Shown here: piece after piece, positions 32,701-43,700 of the stretch
Position numbering within the stretch: the first letter of the stretch is position 1
Layout: every line of letters starts with the position of its first letter
Virus record (IMG/VR): IMGVR_UViG_3300025276_000024
Coordinates: 32,001 to 96,000 of that record
Strand: one strand, 5' to 3'
Source of the DNA: a virus
Length of the DNA: 64,000 nt
The notes under the pieces: model-generated
Told to the model about the DNA's origin: nothing
Database searches by the model: none
What the model saw: only the letters and a program-made list of their open reading frames with translations
Program-made: the position numbers and the translations under genes

Positions 32701-35700
32701 TGCAAAAACATATTGATCACATCACAAATAAGATTTTAAGGAATGAGGGAGAACTGAATGAGCGTGAATTGGAATTAATGAAAGAACCATTTATATCTCA
32801 ATCAGTTAATCTTGGTGTTGCTACTATGGGAGGACCAGGTGCATTAGCATCTGCAGATAGTGTTGAAGCAGGAATTGAGACTAGATTAGATAAAGTAAAT
32901 GCAGAGTTGAATTCTTTAAGAGCTGAACTTGAGAAAGGTTTATCTAAAAAAGAAAAAATAAAAGCTGTTAGATCAAGTGAAAAATATAAAAAATTATTAG
33001 CAGAGAAAAAGAAACTTGAAAAAGGAGCTAATAAACTTATAGAAGTAACAACAAATAGAGGCCGTATTGAAGACTATAATAAGTTTTTAGATTGGGCTGC
33101 TGATAATTTACCAGAAGTAATAGGTATAGCTAACCTAACAACCCTTGCTAATAATGGAATCTCTGAAGGATATCAAAGAGTAGGTGCTTTTGTAATGAAC
33201 CTTGATAGAATTGCAAATGGTATAAATATAAACGGTACTTTATATACAAGTGAAAATAGTCCATACAAATATCATGAAGCCTTTCATGGTGTATTTAGAA
33301 TGGTGCTTAGTCAAGAAGAAATAAATAAGTATAGAAAAATAGCTAAGTCAGAGTTAAAAGCCAAATACGGAAGTACATATAAAACACAATTAGAAAGGTT
33401 TAGAAATTCAGCTGAAGCATATCAAGAAATGACTGCTCTTGAATTAGAAAATGAATTTGCTGAAGAATATTTGGCAGATGAGTTTGATAACTTTAAAATG
33501 AAACCAAGCAGTAGTAAAACAAATGCAGATGTTAAGAATTTATTTACTAGAATTATAGAGTGGATTAAATCTGTATTTGGAAAATATTCTGCTAATGAGT
33601 TGAATACTTTATTTGAAAACATTGATGCTGGTAAATATAAAAATGCTGTTATACAAGCAAATGAGTTTACTCAATTAGATACAAGCTTAAGCGGATCTAT
33701 TAGTGTAGCAAATGCAACAGTAAGATATGGTTCTGCATCTAAAGTTGTAGCTGAAGGTGAGCCAGCTGGTCAGCTATATGTTGACACAGATGTAATAGAT
33801 CCTTTAATTAGATCTATGGCTGGTATGTTTGTTAATAGAGTAAATAAACTTTCTTTAAAAGAACAATCATATAACCCAACTGAAATATATAATGATCTAG
33901 AAATTGACTTTATGCTTATGCTTGATCCAGCAGCAGCAATTAATTCTAGCTTCACTGGAGCTAAAAGAAAATATCTTGAACAATTAGATCAAGCATTTAT
34001 TAACTATCCAGAAGATATCAAAAAAGAAGTATTTAATTTAATTAATATTATATCTGATATGGATCAGTCTAATGCTCTTATAGTTGAGAACATTGAAGAT
34101 GCTACCGGATTAAGATCTACAAGTGAATTTAATAAAGATGCGGCAGAGATAGGGGGATATAATTCATTATCATTTAAGGTAAGATCATATATTGCTACTA
34201 CTACGTTGGTTGGAACAGACTTTTTTGGTAAGACAGAATTAACAGAAGGAGAACCATTAATTGTACCAGTTAAGTTTAATGAAGCATATAATAGTATATT
34301 AAAATCTGTGTCAAATGAAAGTGACCCAGTTACTATGCTAAAAAGAATGTTTTCATATTCAAGATTAAACCCACAAGGAAAAGCAGTAGTAGATAAACTA
34401 TTTAATGATACAGGATTAAGTATAGAAAAATTAATGACTGAAGATCCATTTAAAGATTTAAAAGATGGATCATTATTAATTTCTATGCTAAAAGGATTTG
34501 AAAATTACAAAGTAGATTATATATTTAATGAAAGGGATTCAAATGGTAACCTATTAATATATACTGCTTCAGAACGTGATGACATTAATTCACAATTAGA
34601 TGAGTGGGCTCAGGCATTTATAACTAAACAAAAGCTTGCGCTATCAGATCCTAAGAGGGTAAAAGACTTCTTAAGATTAACAAAGAATATGAAAGAAGTA
34701 ATGACTTCATATCCAGAAGATACATCAACAATAATTGGAGTGTCAAGAGAGTTTTCTCAAAAGATGTTTGATCTAATAGGTATTAGATTAAGTCCAAATT
34801 ATATTGCGTTTAGTATTGCTTCTGCTAAAACAGAATCTGACCTAGAAAACAGTCCAGAACTAGGTGCATTAAAGCAAGGGTATTCAGACTCTACTCCACT
34901 TTCAAATGAGCTTCTAGATCAATTATATACTGGTTTTAAAAACAATGTAAACATATTCTCTAAGAAAGAAGATGGTATGGCATCTAGGTTAACTACATTA
35001 AGTATTAACAACGCTACATTTGATGAAACTATTGGTGCATCAACATTTGTTAATCCTAATGGTGATGTAGTATATGCACATCAATTACCAACATATCATT
35101 TAAAAGCAATACAAGCATTAAACACATCAGTTAAAAGAGATCAATTAATGCAAGATGAGTATTTAAAAAACAATTACTTACTTAATAATGAAGCCTTTAA
35201 TGAATTGGCAAATCAAAATAGAATAAAGGTTATTAGAATTGCTGGTAGTAAGCTTAAAAATCAAATTGAAACTAATGATGATAGTCAAACTACAGAAGAT
35301 ATACTAAATGAATCTATATCTAAAAATAAATCAACACAAAGTTTTGGTGAGTTTACCCCTCAAGAGTTTGCTATATCTTTAATAAACAACTACACTGCTA
35401 ACTTTAATAGAAGAAGTGGTAAAGTAGAAACTGTAGTGGGCTTAGGTAAACAAGACATTGCACTAGCACCTGTGTTTCTTAGAGTAATGGAAGCAGCAAA
35501 TACAGGAGATTTAACATCATTGCCTATTATTAAAGCTGTGTCAATTAAAGCTGATGGTAGTATTAATTTAACTCCTCAAGCTATAAATGTTTTTATGGAT
35601 TCTATCTCAGCTGAGTTTGAAAGAATAAACAGAGAAACAATTGAATATCAAAAATCTACTGGTGAAATAGAAGGGTTTAATGACTCATTAGAAGGTAGAG

Positions 35701-38700
35701 CATTTTCATTTACTAATAACGAAATGCTTATTTCTGGATCATTGCAAGAATCATTAATAAACATTGCAATGCAGTCTGGTGCAAAGGAAGAAGTTATTAG
35801 TTTTGAAAAAGCTGTTTCTTTAGCACAGGGTGTTTCAATGGCGGGTATAAGAAGTGAGGTAACTAAATCATTAAATGAAAGCTTTAAAGAATTTGATACA
35901 CTACTACAAGATTTAAAAGTAAAAGATAATTTATCTAAACAAGTACTACAAGGTTTAACAATTGGAGAAGGAGTTGCAAGAACTTCTATTGAATTATCTG
36001 GATTAAAATTAAATTTAAATACCAACACATCTCATAACCTACAACAAATATTTTTTAACAATTGGATAATTTCTAAGTCCATAAATGATTTACTATTGGG
36101 AGACCAAGCCGTATCATTAAAAGATATGGTTGATAGAGTTAAGAGAGCTAAGCTTCAGAATGCTGCATATTACAGTGCTTCTAGTAAAGTTGTAGATCCG
36201 TCTAAGGGTATATTTCATGAAAGTACTAATTTTGATATGTTTAGTTTTCAAGAACCAAAGGCTAAATCTTCATTAACAAATAATAATATAGATCTAGCTG
36301 ATGCTCAAGCATACATAACTACTAAAGGAGTACGTTATGCTACGTTTGCATTTGGAAGATTGAGTCCTGCAATGTCAAACATGTTAGATGATATTGATGT
36401 TGGTAATCCTATTGATGCTGATAGAGCATATGGGACAGAAGAAAATACAATTAATTTATCTGAACAACAAGACTTTATAAATTCTAAGAAGTATGTATAT
36501 ATGGATGGTAAGACAGCTATTAAAATGTCTGTTACTGTCTTAACTAAAGAGTATACATCAAATTATAATGACAATCTTGGTAAGTGGGAAGCAAAACCTA
36601 ACATGGTTGAGCTACATTATTTACGTGAGCAAATGGAAGCCAATGAGGAAAAGAATCAAAACTTTGCTATGGCCGCTCCATTATCTGCAATAAAGATGAT
36701 GAAGCAATCAGTTAATAGACTTAATCCAGAGTCTGGTAAATTTGATAAGACAAGAGATTTAACATCTATTAATCTAGATACATCTTACCTAGGGCTACAA
36801 GTTATTAATCCATCTAACAAGAAGATTGTAACTGATATGTCACAAATAAAAGAGCTTATTACAAGTGAACAAGATGATAATGTAGAGGTTGAAGGCATGG
36901 TAGATGAAAATGGTGAAACAATGAATGTAGGTGCTCTTAAAGTTGCCTATAACAAAGCAGTATCTGAAAGAGTTACATTAAAATATAAGAACAAAAGAAA
37001 TTTAATATTCTCATTTGATACAGCACTGGATGAATTTGAATTATCTAAAGAAGCTGGAGCTATTACACCAAATCTAGCTGCCTTTTTACTTGAAGCACAA
37101 ACATCATTACAGGCATCAGGAGTAAGTTCAAATTTATTAGAGTTCTTTTCTTTAGAAGACGGAGCACAAAAATATAATTTAAATAGTCCGGTGACTGCTA
37201 AGAGGTTTGAGTCATTATTTTTAACATACTTTAGTAAAGGCACCTTAAGAGAAAAAGTACCTGGAGATGCGTTTGCACTTGTATCATCATTTGGTCACAA
37301 AGTTTACAGACGTGTATTTGAAATTAAAGATGGTGTACCAATTAGATCTGAAATAGTAAGAGAGAGCTCAATGAAAGGTGTAACACCTGAAGTAAGCATA
37401 GATGATTTACTACAAAGTGCTATACCTGCAGAAGGAGTAATTGTTCTTGATGATCTGCGTACTGGAGTTATGGAATATAAAAATGGTAAACCAACTGGCT
37501 TAAGATATAGTGAGGTTATTATGCCTCCTATGGACAAAAACATAATGAGCCTTATATATAATAGTGAAAATGCATCTATCCCAGATGCAATATCTAAAAT
37601 GTTTGGTGTGCGTATTCCAACTCAAGATAAACATTCAGCTGTAAATATGAAAGTGGTAGACTTTATGCCTGTGTATTATGGTTCTTCAGCTATATTTCCT
37701 AAAGAGTTAGTAGAAATATCTGGAGCAGATTTTGATATTGATAAAGTGTATGCTCTTATGAAGGAGTATTACTTAGATAGTAATAAAAACTTTGTAGAGT
37801 ATGGTGCTGGTAATTCATATTTTGAATATGTAAAATATATGAATAGGCAAGTTAAGCAAGCTGGTAACCCAATTAGAACTGCCTCTGACTTATATAAAGA
37901 TGAAGTTCTTTCTATCAGAATAGATAATGCTTTAACTGATTCTGAAAAAAATAGACTTACTGATGCCAATGGTATAAATAAAATAAGTGAGGAAGCTCTA
38001 AGAGCTATGTTAGTATTAGGTCTCCCTGCTACACAAGCACAGTTTAAAAGCTATGTTGAAAAAAACGGAACACCTAATGAGGCTGTATTAAACAACAGAA
38101 TTGTAGATCTGAGATATGCATTAGCTGGGAATAGAGGTATGACTGGTTCTGAATTATCTGTTTTAAATGATGGTCAATTAAAATATGATTTACCTATTGC
38201 ATATCAATCTGCTGATTTAGCTGTACTAGAAGATTTATTTAAAAGATTTTCAAGTACTGATTCTGGTATGGAACTATTTCAAAATAGAGTTGACTCATCA
38301 GTTGATGTAGATAATCTTACTGGTATGATCAAAGCTTTTGAAGCTAATAAAGGTGCAGCAATTGGTGCTATTGTAAAACCAAATTTATATTTAAGTTTGC
38401 TTAGAGAGTATAAAATAAAATTAAAATCTCCTATAAAATTTAATAATAACACCTATGATGGCTTTACTCAAAATGAAATAGATGGGGTTAGAATTCAGGA
38501 TATTGTTTCTTCTCTAATTACAATGGAAACAGATAATGCTAAAGAACGTTTAATATCTAAGTTAGGTTTAAATATACAAGCTGTAGGTATAGCAGGTAAT
38601 ATGTTATCACTTGGAGTTAGTCTAGACACAACAATTCTTTTATTGAATTCAGCTGAGGTACGTGATTTATTTGCTCTTGCATTAAATAAAGATGATCAAT

Positions 38701-40706
38701 TTGATCCAAGCTTAAATACATTATTAAAACAAAGAATTGCACAATTAAGTAAAAACATTACAGATCAAAAAACCAAAGGTAATAAACCTACTTTTGTTAG
38801 ACTAACAGATGAGTTTTTAAAGACTGCTGTAGATAGTACTGAAGACCTTACTGATAATGAAAGAATACAAATTTTATATCTATTTAAGAAGTTCAATGAT
38901 CTTAAAACTTATACATCAAAAATGGGATCTGTTACTGCTCTTACAAAAGGCCTGCCTCAAAATATTCCTGCTGTAAAGAAAACTATACAAGATCTACAAG
39001 AATTGTTTGATAAGAAAACAGCCTTGATGAACTTATCTCCATTGTATAAAAGTAAAACATGGCAAAGCACATACTTAAAAATATTTAGTCAAATTTATTC
39101 TGACTTATTGCCAAACACTCTTTTAACAATGAGCTCAGAGTTTGCTAGTGTTTTAGATCCAGTATATAGCGGTATGAATACTGATGACAGAGGTTTTGAT
39201 AATGAAACAAGAAATGTTATTGAACAAGATCTACTATCATATCTAACTATTAAGTCTTATCAAAAATTACTTAATAACAGTTCTGGTAATTCATCTGTAG
39301 AGAATACATTAATTTATCCAGGCCCTGTTGGAGCAACTGACTTGTCATTGATTAAAAAAATAAATGATTATCAGTTAGTAAGGGAAGAACAAGATTTAGA
39401 GTCTAATTACTTTTTAGATTCTTTTATAGGTACTAACTATGCCGGTACAGCAAGTAATAAAACAGGTCTAAACTTAGTAGTAGCAGATACATGGAGAAGA
39501 CTCAACTCTGCTAATAAAATTGATTTACAAACTTCCTTTGCAAGGTTGTATGGTTCAATTGAAACAAGGGAATTAGCTGAGGATGTACTACATTACATGA
39601 TGGTTAAAGATGGTCTACAACTTAAGTATGGTACTTTAATGTCAGCAATGAGTCCATTTGTAATGAATAAGTATTTGACTAATGTTGCATCTGTAGAAAA
39701 AGCATTAAAAGGACAACTTGATTTTGAAAAAGTATTTGGTCTATCTAAACAAGAAGTAATGTCTGAGTTTAAGTATGGGTATCTACAATCTAATGTAGTA
39801 GGTCCATTATTACATACATATGATGCATCAGCTTTACAAGATGGCTTTGTTTGGGATCCAACAACTATACCTAATAAATTTACAGTTACTTCAGATGACT
39901 ATCATGGAAAAGAGTTTATTAGAATTAAGAGTGAAAGAAATGGATTTTCAGGAATTGCTTATTACACTACATTCAGACTTCTAGAACAGGAACAAGAGAA
40001 TGTATATGAATATGTAGAGATTTCATCTATGGGATCTAATCAACAATTTGGAGGTGGCTTTGTAGGAGGTCCTAGATTAACATATCAACAAACCAGAAAC
40101 CTAGGTAGAGGCACTCAACAAAATGACTACCCGGCTAATGCATATGAATTGTCTAAGGATGAACTTCTAGAAGACTATTCACAAGTTGATGGTAAACCTG
40201 TAGGTACAGGTGTTGGTATTGTAGATACAAATCTTGAGAAAAAGCAGGAGATTACTGAAGCATTAAATTCTGAATCAGCAATTATAAATCAAACAAATGA
40301 TAGCGTAAGTGTTAAGGTTGACGAAGATGCCAAAGAAGTAAATATTAGTAAGGAGCAGTTAATGCTGCAGGAGCTCTCTAAGAATCAAAAAAGTTTTATC
40401 TTTGATGAGAATGGTAATTCAATTATAGAGGATACTGATCAGTCTCTTCCTGAACAGACAGAAGAAGAACAACAGGAAACAGAAGAACTAAATGAAGGAT
40501 TAAAAGATTCTGTAGAAGATGCTGAGGCAAGTATATTAGAAGAATGGTGGAGTAAGAATATAGTAGGTAATCCTGCAGCAATAGAAGCTTTAAGGGTTGA
40601 TGGTATACAGAGTATAGATGATGCAAAACTTTTATATGGGGATATGTTTTCTCAATCAGAAGATGGACAACAACAATTGATAGATAGACTTAAATGTCTT
40701 ATATAA
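26787..40706 (+). CDS. Giant virion-packaged two-barrel RNA polymerase fused to an N-terminal membrane/ejection region and a zincin-like metalloprotease domain
   Basis: RIPTQ..S..KVVDFMP..G..P..GADFDIDK catalytic loop (DFDID at 37728-37742) is characteristic of crAss-like virion RNAPs; HEAFH at 33273-33287 with downstream EEYLAD. Confidence 0.9.
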   Translation: MENESKGPLSEEIVSQQRPAPSIIPEGQFRFEPIADLFETPETNFNDLLMSGPLAADEISGVNEYKADIDKYGISAMASLGVGVPSFATDTYNPIAQDQPDKSTFSKMQELSTLPNAPVSTNRLAPVFSGMRQTQFLRYYNHPEFDKLGFSPYANMENFYNENSTIWDDMERMRGQWFSLAGTGLNSVYGSLTSGTDYLEPDLASASEFEDIMAISSSTRGGVGGFINNLAANSAYTGGILASIAIEEVILAGAAALQGGMNPVSDAALIARTAKNTVTGTKALYSFTKLFERTRKILQKAKELETARDFFTAVKSGGKMSLNLLGKGFTPNTVKAFRNIKTAENAGQNMSNLAKMSTKFGGFYRDLRAVNLAMAESKLEAGMVYNQVMRQGLTEASNKNMGKGPGEDFEGDIANAANNASFKAMLANAPLIYASNWFVIGNALGGFQRGIQRTLGNTFQKGFAKNIVNTAGKKVVNSAGELIKSPFKYVGNSFSNMWGKVKAGGFKGLTGAGSIAMLDYFAANVAEGIQEIGQEAISAATVGYYTEILDNPAQGGIDLRNQMIMSAMGDQFSAEGANVFLSGFLMGGLVSGPQKLFFQGVPSIYNYGLQQAGIGLASKSQKEAYAEYKKNREEMIDEVVKSYNKSWDTQAYDPSDLFDLTRMNFMVQKEAAESIRKNVFSQDRFGVIDAKDASKFSQYNYMFATGGSANFKNQLQGFLELSDEELIQAFPNVSKQDKQSGKLRERITSMMTSMDKIEDSYNRNKDKNVNPFNKNKYNRKTQETEYIAEALNQYAYDHVRYLQMFTENGFNRALERADGIYSILESEPLFKGMSANDITVLLDSDSIEKEISMLQQQIAATEGADKGLGESNKTKRQKIKRLTAMYKIVTDPQNRFKNGTFKRNKLLKGKLRSEFKNYVRFMASSKGEFVSEDKIDTALEQIVDYGALKGRARVYDKAIQYLQNPEKFAEIQQRQYEVNKVIYGKRAEITRRSVEKYTEVVEANEFVNQLAKEGIFADIGEMEMFLKTGNINFLQTFYDDNGLINPAVHEIKHGMIQRLIGDWKSTRKDVKPEEEKSEEEAAVEQTEDSRNKLDTLLDKAGITIDIDTTTNSPLVVKALKKNYALYRARQTRLGLPILDSVEWANSAEALDVRNTVNALKRIWASGEASVNSADGTLIFNNPKESDIINGDIGFEEFLQDSEVLINNPLVQSVLNQSTLDLSNIVSMAETELEEGESLPDTPQRQFYKGGLAGDIYKITTFDKTNNTTDVSYQILDKSGNPLSKEYLDFLDDNFASVQGTFLEKEAQIAKDALDALDETMPDTTEFSFDGVGGLTYGQPVYKGSVKYIVVQKPQYSNRFGDNQKLKVIKESENVGPISERKFEFIEQGDFANNFTVEETTFNLLPDSVTKIQIKDLTTLYPHTNYTELGAGENSIARESAIRSDNLKAKDRFNMILSELSPSEIEGLEFVVSLDPNGGNVRGAYTAKNRDGKIYKEANPLIDARTSKYIIGVRIANPKLRADINNKLIDSGMEISNSPEEVFAYLNNEAFIIRDQRTGKEIDPRSMNNEQASNVILQPNKNLTLEEKQAALSKVQNDFALNALIVQSFDKLDIGSTPQYFVAGSKELPFTIDLTAGGGKVAYAKSRERVYPIPMDALQYDTADSEGNLFVFNLKYNKETGQRDYDFTTNLKGAERDALEDAVELQLKKQNQWDNLLRAGKGTDRYLAMVRLPNGTFAKVNLKPTVYTTEELDAKQVEVVEAAKRIGAIKSMEKSIEEAVKYNAELQDSLFLSSKPGNLIELNVGPDGSIFLSLDNTNTKTSFNIGLTPEEVNATDRSAKDVINDLVEKFNLDTDGGGRVEKLSAELKSGNFRRSFPTDTDPQTIYDNAVTEVLPEVVEAQTVEVSASSDAIQLSRDIAFIPSNDKSKKVEEEGELGRERPTAEEDVDSVAYMEDAEFEEKLANVSQAGIGDMQKHIDHITNKILRNEGELNERELELMKEPFISQSVNLGVATMGGPGALASADSVEAGIETRLDKVNAELNSLRAELEKGLSKKEKIKAVRSSEKYKKLLAEKKKLEKGANKLIEVTTNRGRIEDYNKFLDWAADNLPEVIGIANLTTLANNGISEGYQRVGAFVMNLDRIANGININGTLYTSENSPYKYHEAFHGVFRMVLSQEEINKYRKIAKSELKAKYGSTYKTQLERFRNSAEAYQEMTALELENEFAEEYLADEFDNFKMKPSSSKTNADVKNLFTRIIEWIKSVFGKYSANELNTLFENIDAGKYKNAVIQANEFTQLDTSLSGSISVANATVRYGSASKVVAEGEPAGQLYVDTDVIDPLIRSMAGMFVNRVNKLSLKEQSYNPTEIYNDLEIDFMLMLDPAAAINSSFTGAKRKYLEQLDQAFINYPEDIKKEVFNLINIISDMDQSNALIVENIEDATGLRSTSEFNKDAAEIGGYNSLSFKVRSYIATTTLVGTDFFGKTELTEGEPLIVPVKFNEAYNSILKSVSNESDPVTMLKRMFSYSRLNPQGKAVVDKLFNDTGLSIEKLMTEDPFKDLKDGSLLISMLKGFENYKVDYIFNERDSNGNLLIYTASERDDINSQLDEWAQAFITKQKLALSDPKRVKDFLRLTKNMKEVMTSYPEDTSTIIGVSREFSQKMFDLIGIRLSPNYIAFSIASAKTESDLENSPELGALKQGYSDSTPLSNELLDQLYTGFKNNVNIFSKKEDGMASRLTTLSINNATFDETIGASTFVNPNGDVVYAHQLPTYHLKAIQALNTSVKRDQLMQDEYLKNNYLLNNEAFNELANQNRIKVIRIAGSKLKNQIETNDDSQTTEDILNESISKNKSTQSFGEFTPQEFAISLINNYTANFNRRSGKVETVVGLGKQDIALAPVFLRVMEAANTGDLTSLPIIKAVSIKADGSINLTPQAINVFMDSISAEFERINRETIEYQKSTGEIEGFNDSLEGRAFSFTNNEMLISGSLQESLINIAMQSGAKEEVISFEKAVSLAQGVSMAGIRSEVTKSLNESFKEFDTLLQDLKVKDNLSKQVLQGLTIGEGVARTSIELSGLKLNLNTNTSHNLQQIFFNNWIISKSINDLLLGDQAVSLKDMVDRVKRAKLQNAAYYSASSKVVDPSKGIFHESTNFDMFSFQEPKAKSSLTNNNIDLADAQAYITTKGVRYATFAFGRLSPAMSNMLDDIDVGNPIDADRAYGTEENTINLSEQQDFINSKKYVYMDGKTAIKMSVTVLTKEYTSNYNDNLGKWEAKPNMVELHYLREQMEANEEKNQNFAMAAPLSAIKMMKQSVNRLNPESGKFDKTRDLTSINLDTSYLGLQVINPSNKKIVTDMSQIKELITSEQDDNVEVEGMVDENGETMNVGALKVAYNKAVSERVTLKYKNKRNLIFSFDTALDEFELSKEAGAITPNLAAFLLEAQTSLQASGVSSNLLEFFSLEDGAQKYNLNSPVTAKRFESLFLTYFSKGTLREKVPGDAFALVSSFGHKVYRRVFEIKDGVPIRSEIVRESSMKGVTPEVSIDDLLQSAIPAEGVIVLDDLRTGVMEYKNGKPTGLRYSEVIMPPMDKNIMSLIYNSENASIPDAISKMFGVRIPTQDKHSAVNMKVVDFMPVYYGSSAIFPKELVEISGADFDIDKVYALMKEYYLDSNKNFVEYGAGNSYFEYVKYMNRQVKQAGNPIRTASDLYKDEVLSIRIDNALTDSEKNRLTDANGINKISEEALRAMLVLGLPATQAQFKSYVEKNGTPNEAVLNNRIVDLRYALAGNRGMTGSELSVLNDGQLKYDLPIAYQSADLAVLEDLFKRFSSTDSGMELFQNRVDSSVDVDNLTGMIKAFEANKGAAIGAIVKPNLYLSLLREYKIKLKSPIKFNNNTYDGFTQNEIDGVRIQDIVSSLITMETDNAKERLISKLGLNIQAVGIAGNMLSLGVSLDTTILLLNSAEVRDLFALALNKDDQFDPSLNTLLKQRIAQLSKNITDQKTKGNKPTFVRLTDEFLKTAVDSTEDLTDNERIQILYLFKKFNDLKTYTSKMGSVTALTKGLPQNIPAVKKTIQDLQELFDKKTALMNLSPLYKSKTWQSTYLKIFSQIYSDLLPNTLLTMSSEFASVLDPVYSGMNTDDRGFDNETRNVIEQDLLSYLTIKSYQKLLNNSSGNSSVENTLIYPGPVGATDLSLIKKINDYQLVREEQDLESNYFLDSFIGTNYAGTASNKTGLNLVVADTWRRLNSANKIDLQTSFARLYGSIETRELAEDVLHYMMVKDGLQLKYGTLMSAMSPFVMNKYLTNVASVEKALKGQLDFEKVFGLSKQEVMSEFKYGYLQSNVVGPLLHTYDASALQDGFVWDPTTIPNKFTVTSDDYHGKEFIRIKSERNGFSGIAYYTTFRLLEQEQENVYEYVEISSMGSNQQFGGGFVGGPRLTYQQTRNLGRGTQQNDYPANAYELSKDELLEDYSQVDGKPVGTGVGIVDTNLEKKQEITEALNSESAIINQTNDSVSVKVDEDAKEVNISKEQLMLQELSKNQKSFIFDENGNSIIEDTDQSLPEQTEEEQQETEELNEGLKDSVEDAEASILEEWWSKNIVGNPAAIEALRVDGIQSIDDAKLLYGDMFSQSEDGQQQLIDRLKCLI

Positions 40707-40720
40707 TTAAAAAATAGAAA

Positions 40721-43700
40721 ATGGCTACATGTTATAATAAAAATGATGCAGGGTATAAAGCATTAAGGACACAATATAATTCAGATGTTGAAACATCTCA
40801 GGTCATTAATAACTGGCAGCTTCTTAATGACTCTAAAGTTTTTCCTAGTGTTGTTCAAGCACAGACTATGGTTAAGGATCAAAATATTGTTTTTTCTCTG
40901 AAACAGAAAAGATTTGGAGAAAGTGTAATTGATAACCTGAGAAGAGAGAGAATAGGTAGTAATCTTAACGGGCAATTTTTAATTAATAATTCTAATCCTG
41001 CCACACAATCTTATGATGAAGCATTTTTACAAAGCAATCTAAAAAGATTTAATAGATATTTAGAAATTAATAATATCCCTGCTGAGTCATTTTCTGTTAC
41101 AAGAACTCCAAAGAGTTATAAGATAGAAGCAGTTAATGATCTATTTAGTTCAAGAGATATATTAGAAAAATCTAGATCATGGGATACTAACAGATCTAGA
41201 GCAGTTGTAATGCATCTTAAAAGAATGTTCCCACAAGTAAAGGTAAAGATGTTATCTGTAGGTCAAGCTAAAATAATGTTTGAGTCATTACCAAAGTGGA
41301 GAAAAAATAATGTAGGGTTTGATCAAGTGAATTCTTTTTATATGGATGGCACAGCATATCTAATAAAAGGAAGAGTCACTGATGAAATAGCAATTGAAGA
41401 AATACTGCATCCATTTACTGATGCAATAAAAATGGAAAATGAAGAACTATTTAATAACTTATTAGATGAAGCAGTTAATAATTTTCCAGAGTTAACTCAG
41501 CAAATTGAAGCAGCATATAATAATAAAAAATTCAGTGATACTGAAAGAGATCTTGAGATTGTAACACAAGCACTAGCAAGACACTTCAAAAAAGAATATG
41601 AAACAACACCTACTACAAACTTTTTAGCAAAAGTTAAAGAGGTTCTAGAGTGGTTTAAAACTGTTATAGAAAATTTAAACAAGTATTTAACTGGTAGACC
41701 TCTTCCTGTTTCAGCAATTAAAGCAGGAACAAATCTAAGTGATATTGCAAAATTACTTAATACAGAAGGCATACAGTTTAAATTAGAAAAAAGAGTAGAT
41801 GGTAAAGTTAGATATAGTTTAACTCCAGCAAAGGAAGCACAAGTAAGACAAGCATTAGCTGTAGCTAATGATGTTCAAAGACCTCTTATACTACAACTAT
41901 TTAATGTAGCTCAACTAGAGGATGGTACTTTAGTTGACTCTCTCTCAGTATCAGTAAAGAATGCTGCAGCAGGTGATTCAATAGTTACACTTAATAAAGA
42001 AAATCATACATACATAAATTCAAAGGATAAAAATAAAGTATATACATCTGTAACTACTGCTATTAAAGGAAAGTTATCTCCTGAAAAGCAAGTTGAGCAT
42101 CAGATCAATCTAGATATTGGTAATGAGGTAGATACTTTATTAGATGGTGTTATTGCAAATTTATCTTTTGAGGATTCATTAGCAGCTGTTGAAACCAATA
42201 ATCTATCAAGAGAAGATATGCAGAAGACCTTTAATACTTTGGGAAGTATTATGGATAGTATAAGAATGAAAGGTGCTATTGTGTTATCTCAAGTTGTTTT
42301 ATTTGATGAAGCATCTAAAATGGCAGGTACTGCTGATATTTTTATCATTGACCAAAATGGTAAGGTAAATATCATGGACCTTAAAACAACTAAGAATGAA
42401 CTTAGTAAAGAAGTAGCTCTTAATGATGCTAAAGGAAAACGTACAGTAAATCAATATAAAGGAAGAGAATATAAATTAGATAAAGACAGTAAGTTGTTAG
42501 CTCAATACGATAAGGCAGGTAAGTTGATAAGTGAAGGTGTTAATAAGCCAGGTACTTTAGAAGAACTTAAAGCACTTACAACAGAAACTCAACATAACTT
42601 ACAGGTAAATCTATACAGAAGAATGGCAGAAAACATGGGGTATGAAGTATCCTATGATGAGTGGTCTACATCTACTATACATTTTAAAGTTAATATATCA
42701 GGTAAAGGTATTGATCAGGTATATGAGGGAGGTATAGATTTTGATAGATGGGTGCCTCACCCGGTAAGTCAGAACCTACCTTTAGTAGATAAAATAGTAC
42801 CAGAAGCATTAAACTCATATCAAAAAAGTAAATTAGACCAACAACAAGAGGGTGCTTATAATAAATTCTGGAATGGTAAAGATCAAACAGAGACTACTAA
42901 TGATGATGACAGAAGTAAAGCAGAAAATTATGATGAGTATAATGCAGCTGCAGGATTACTAAACACTTATCAAAAAGCATTAATTGCTAAGAGAGATATG
43001 ATTCCTTTACTGAAATCTAATATCTACATGCAATCTACTAAAGATAAAGAAATTGATCAGATATCAAAAACTATTGCATATATAAACATTGCAATGGGAG
43101 ATGGTGTTAAACAACAATCCACTGCATTGTCAGAGGTATTGCAAGATGCGCTTGAACAGATTAAAGACTTTCAAAATTTTATACAGGATCCTAAAAATAT
43201 TAACTCACCAGAGTATGTATCATATGTATTAAACTTTGATAAGTACATGAAGACTTTTGATGGGTTATATATAGTAAAAAATACTAAAGGATTAAATGCA
43301 ACCCAACAAAGACTAATTTTATCTCTGCAAACACAACTAAATAATTTAAGTGGAGCAGGAACAGACACCGGTGGTATAGTTGGAATTGCACTTAAAGATT
43401 ATGTTAAAGAACAAGTAAGACTTAAATCTAATAATGATTATGGTGGAGAAGGAAGCTACTTTACTGAAGCTGATTTAAACCTTCTACTGGAGAAAGCACA
43501 GGACATTAGTGATACGGAATATCAAACTAAAGATATGGCCACTTCTCCTGATGTACTTTTAGCAACAATGGATAAAATTAGAAAAGCACAAAATCAAAAG
43601 TTGCTTGATAGAATAGCTCAAAGAGAATCATTAATTAGAGCAGCTGGTCAAAAGCTTCTAAAGTTATCTCCAGAAAGCAAACTAGAAGACTTGTATGATT

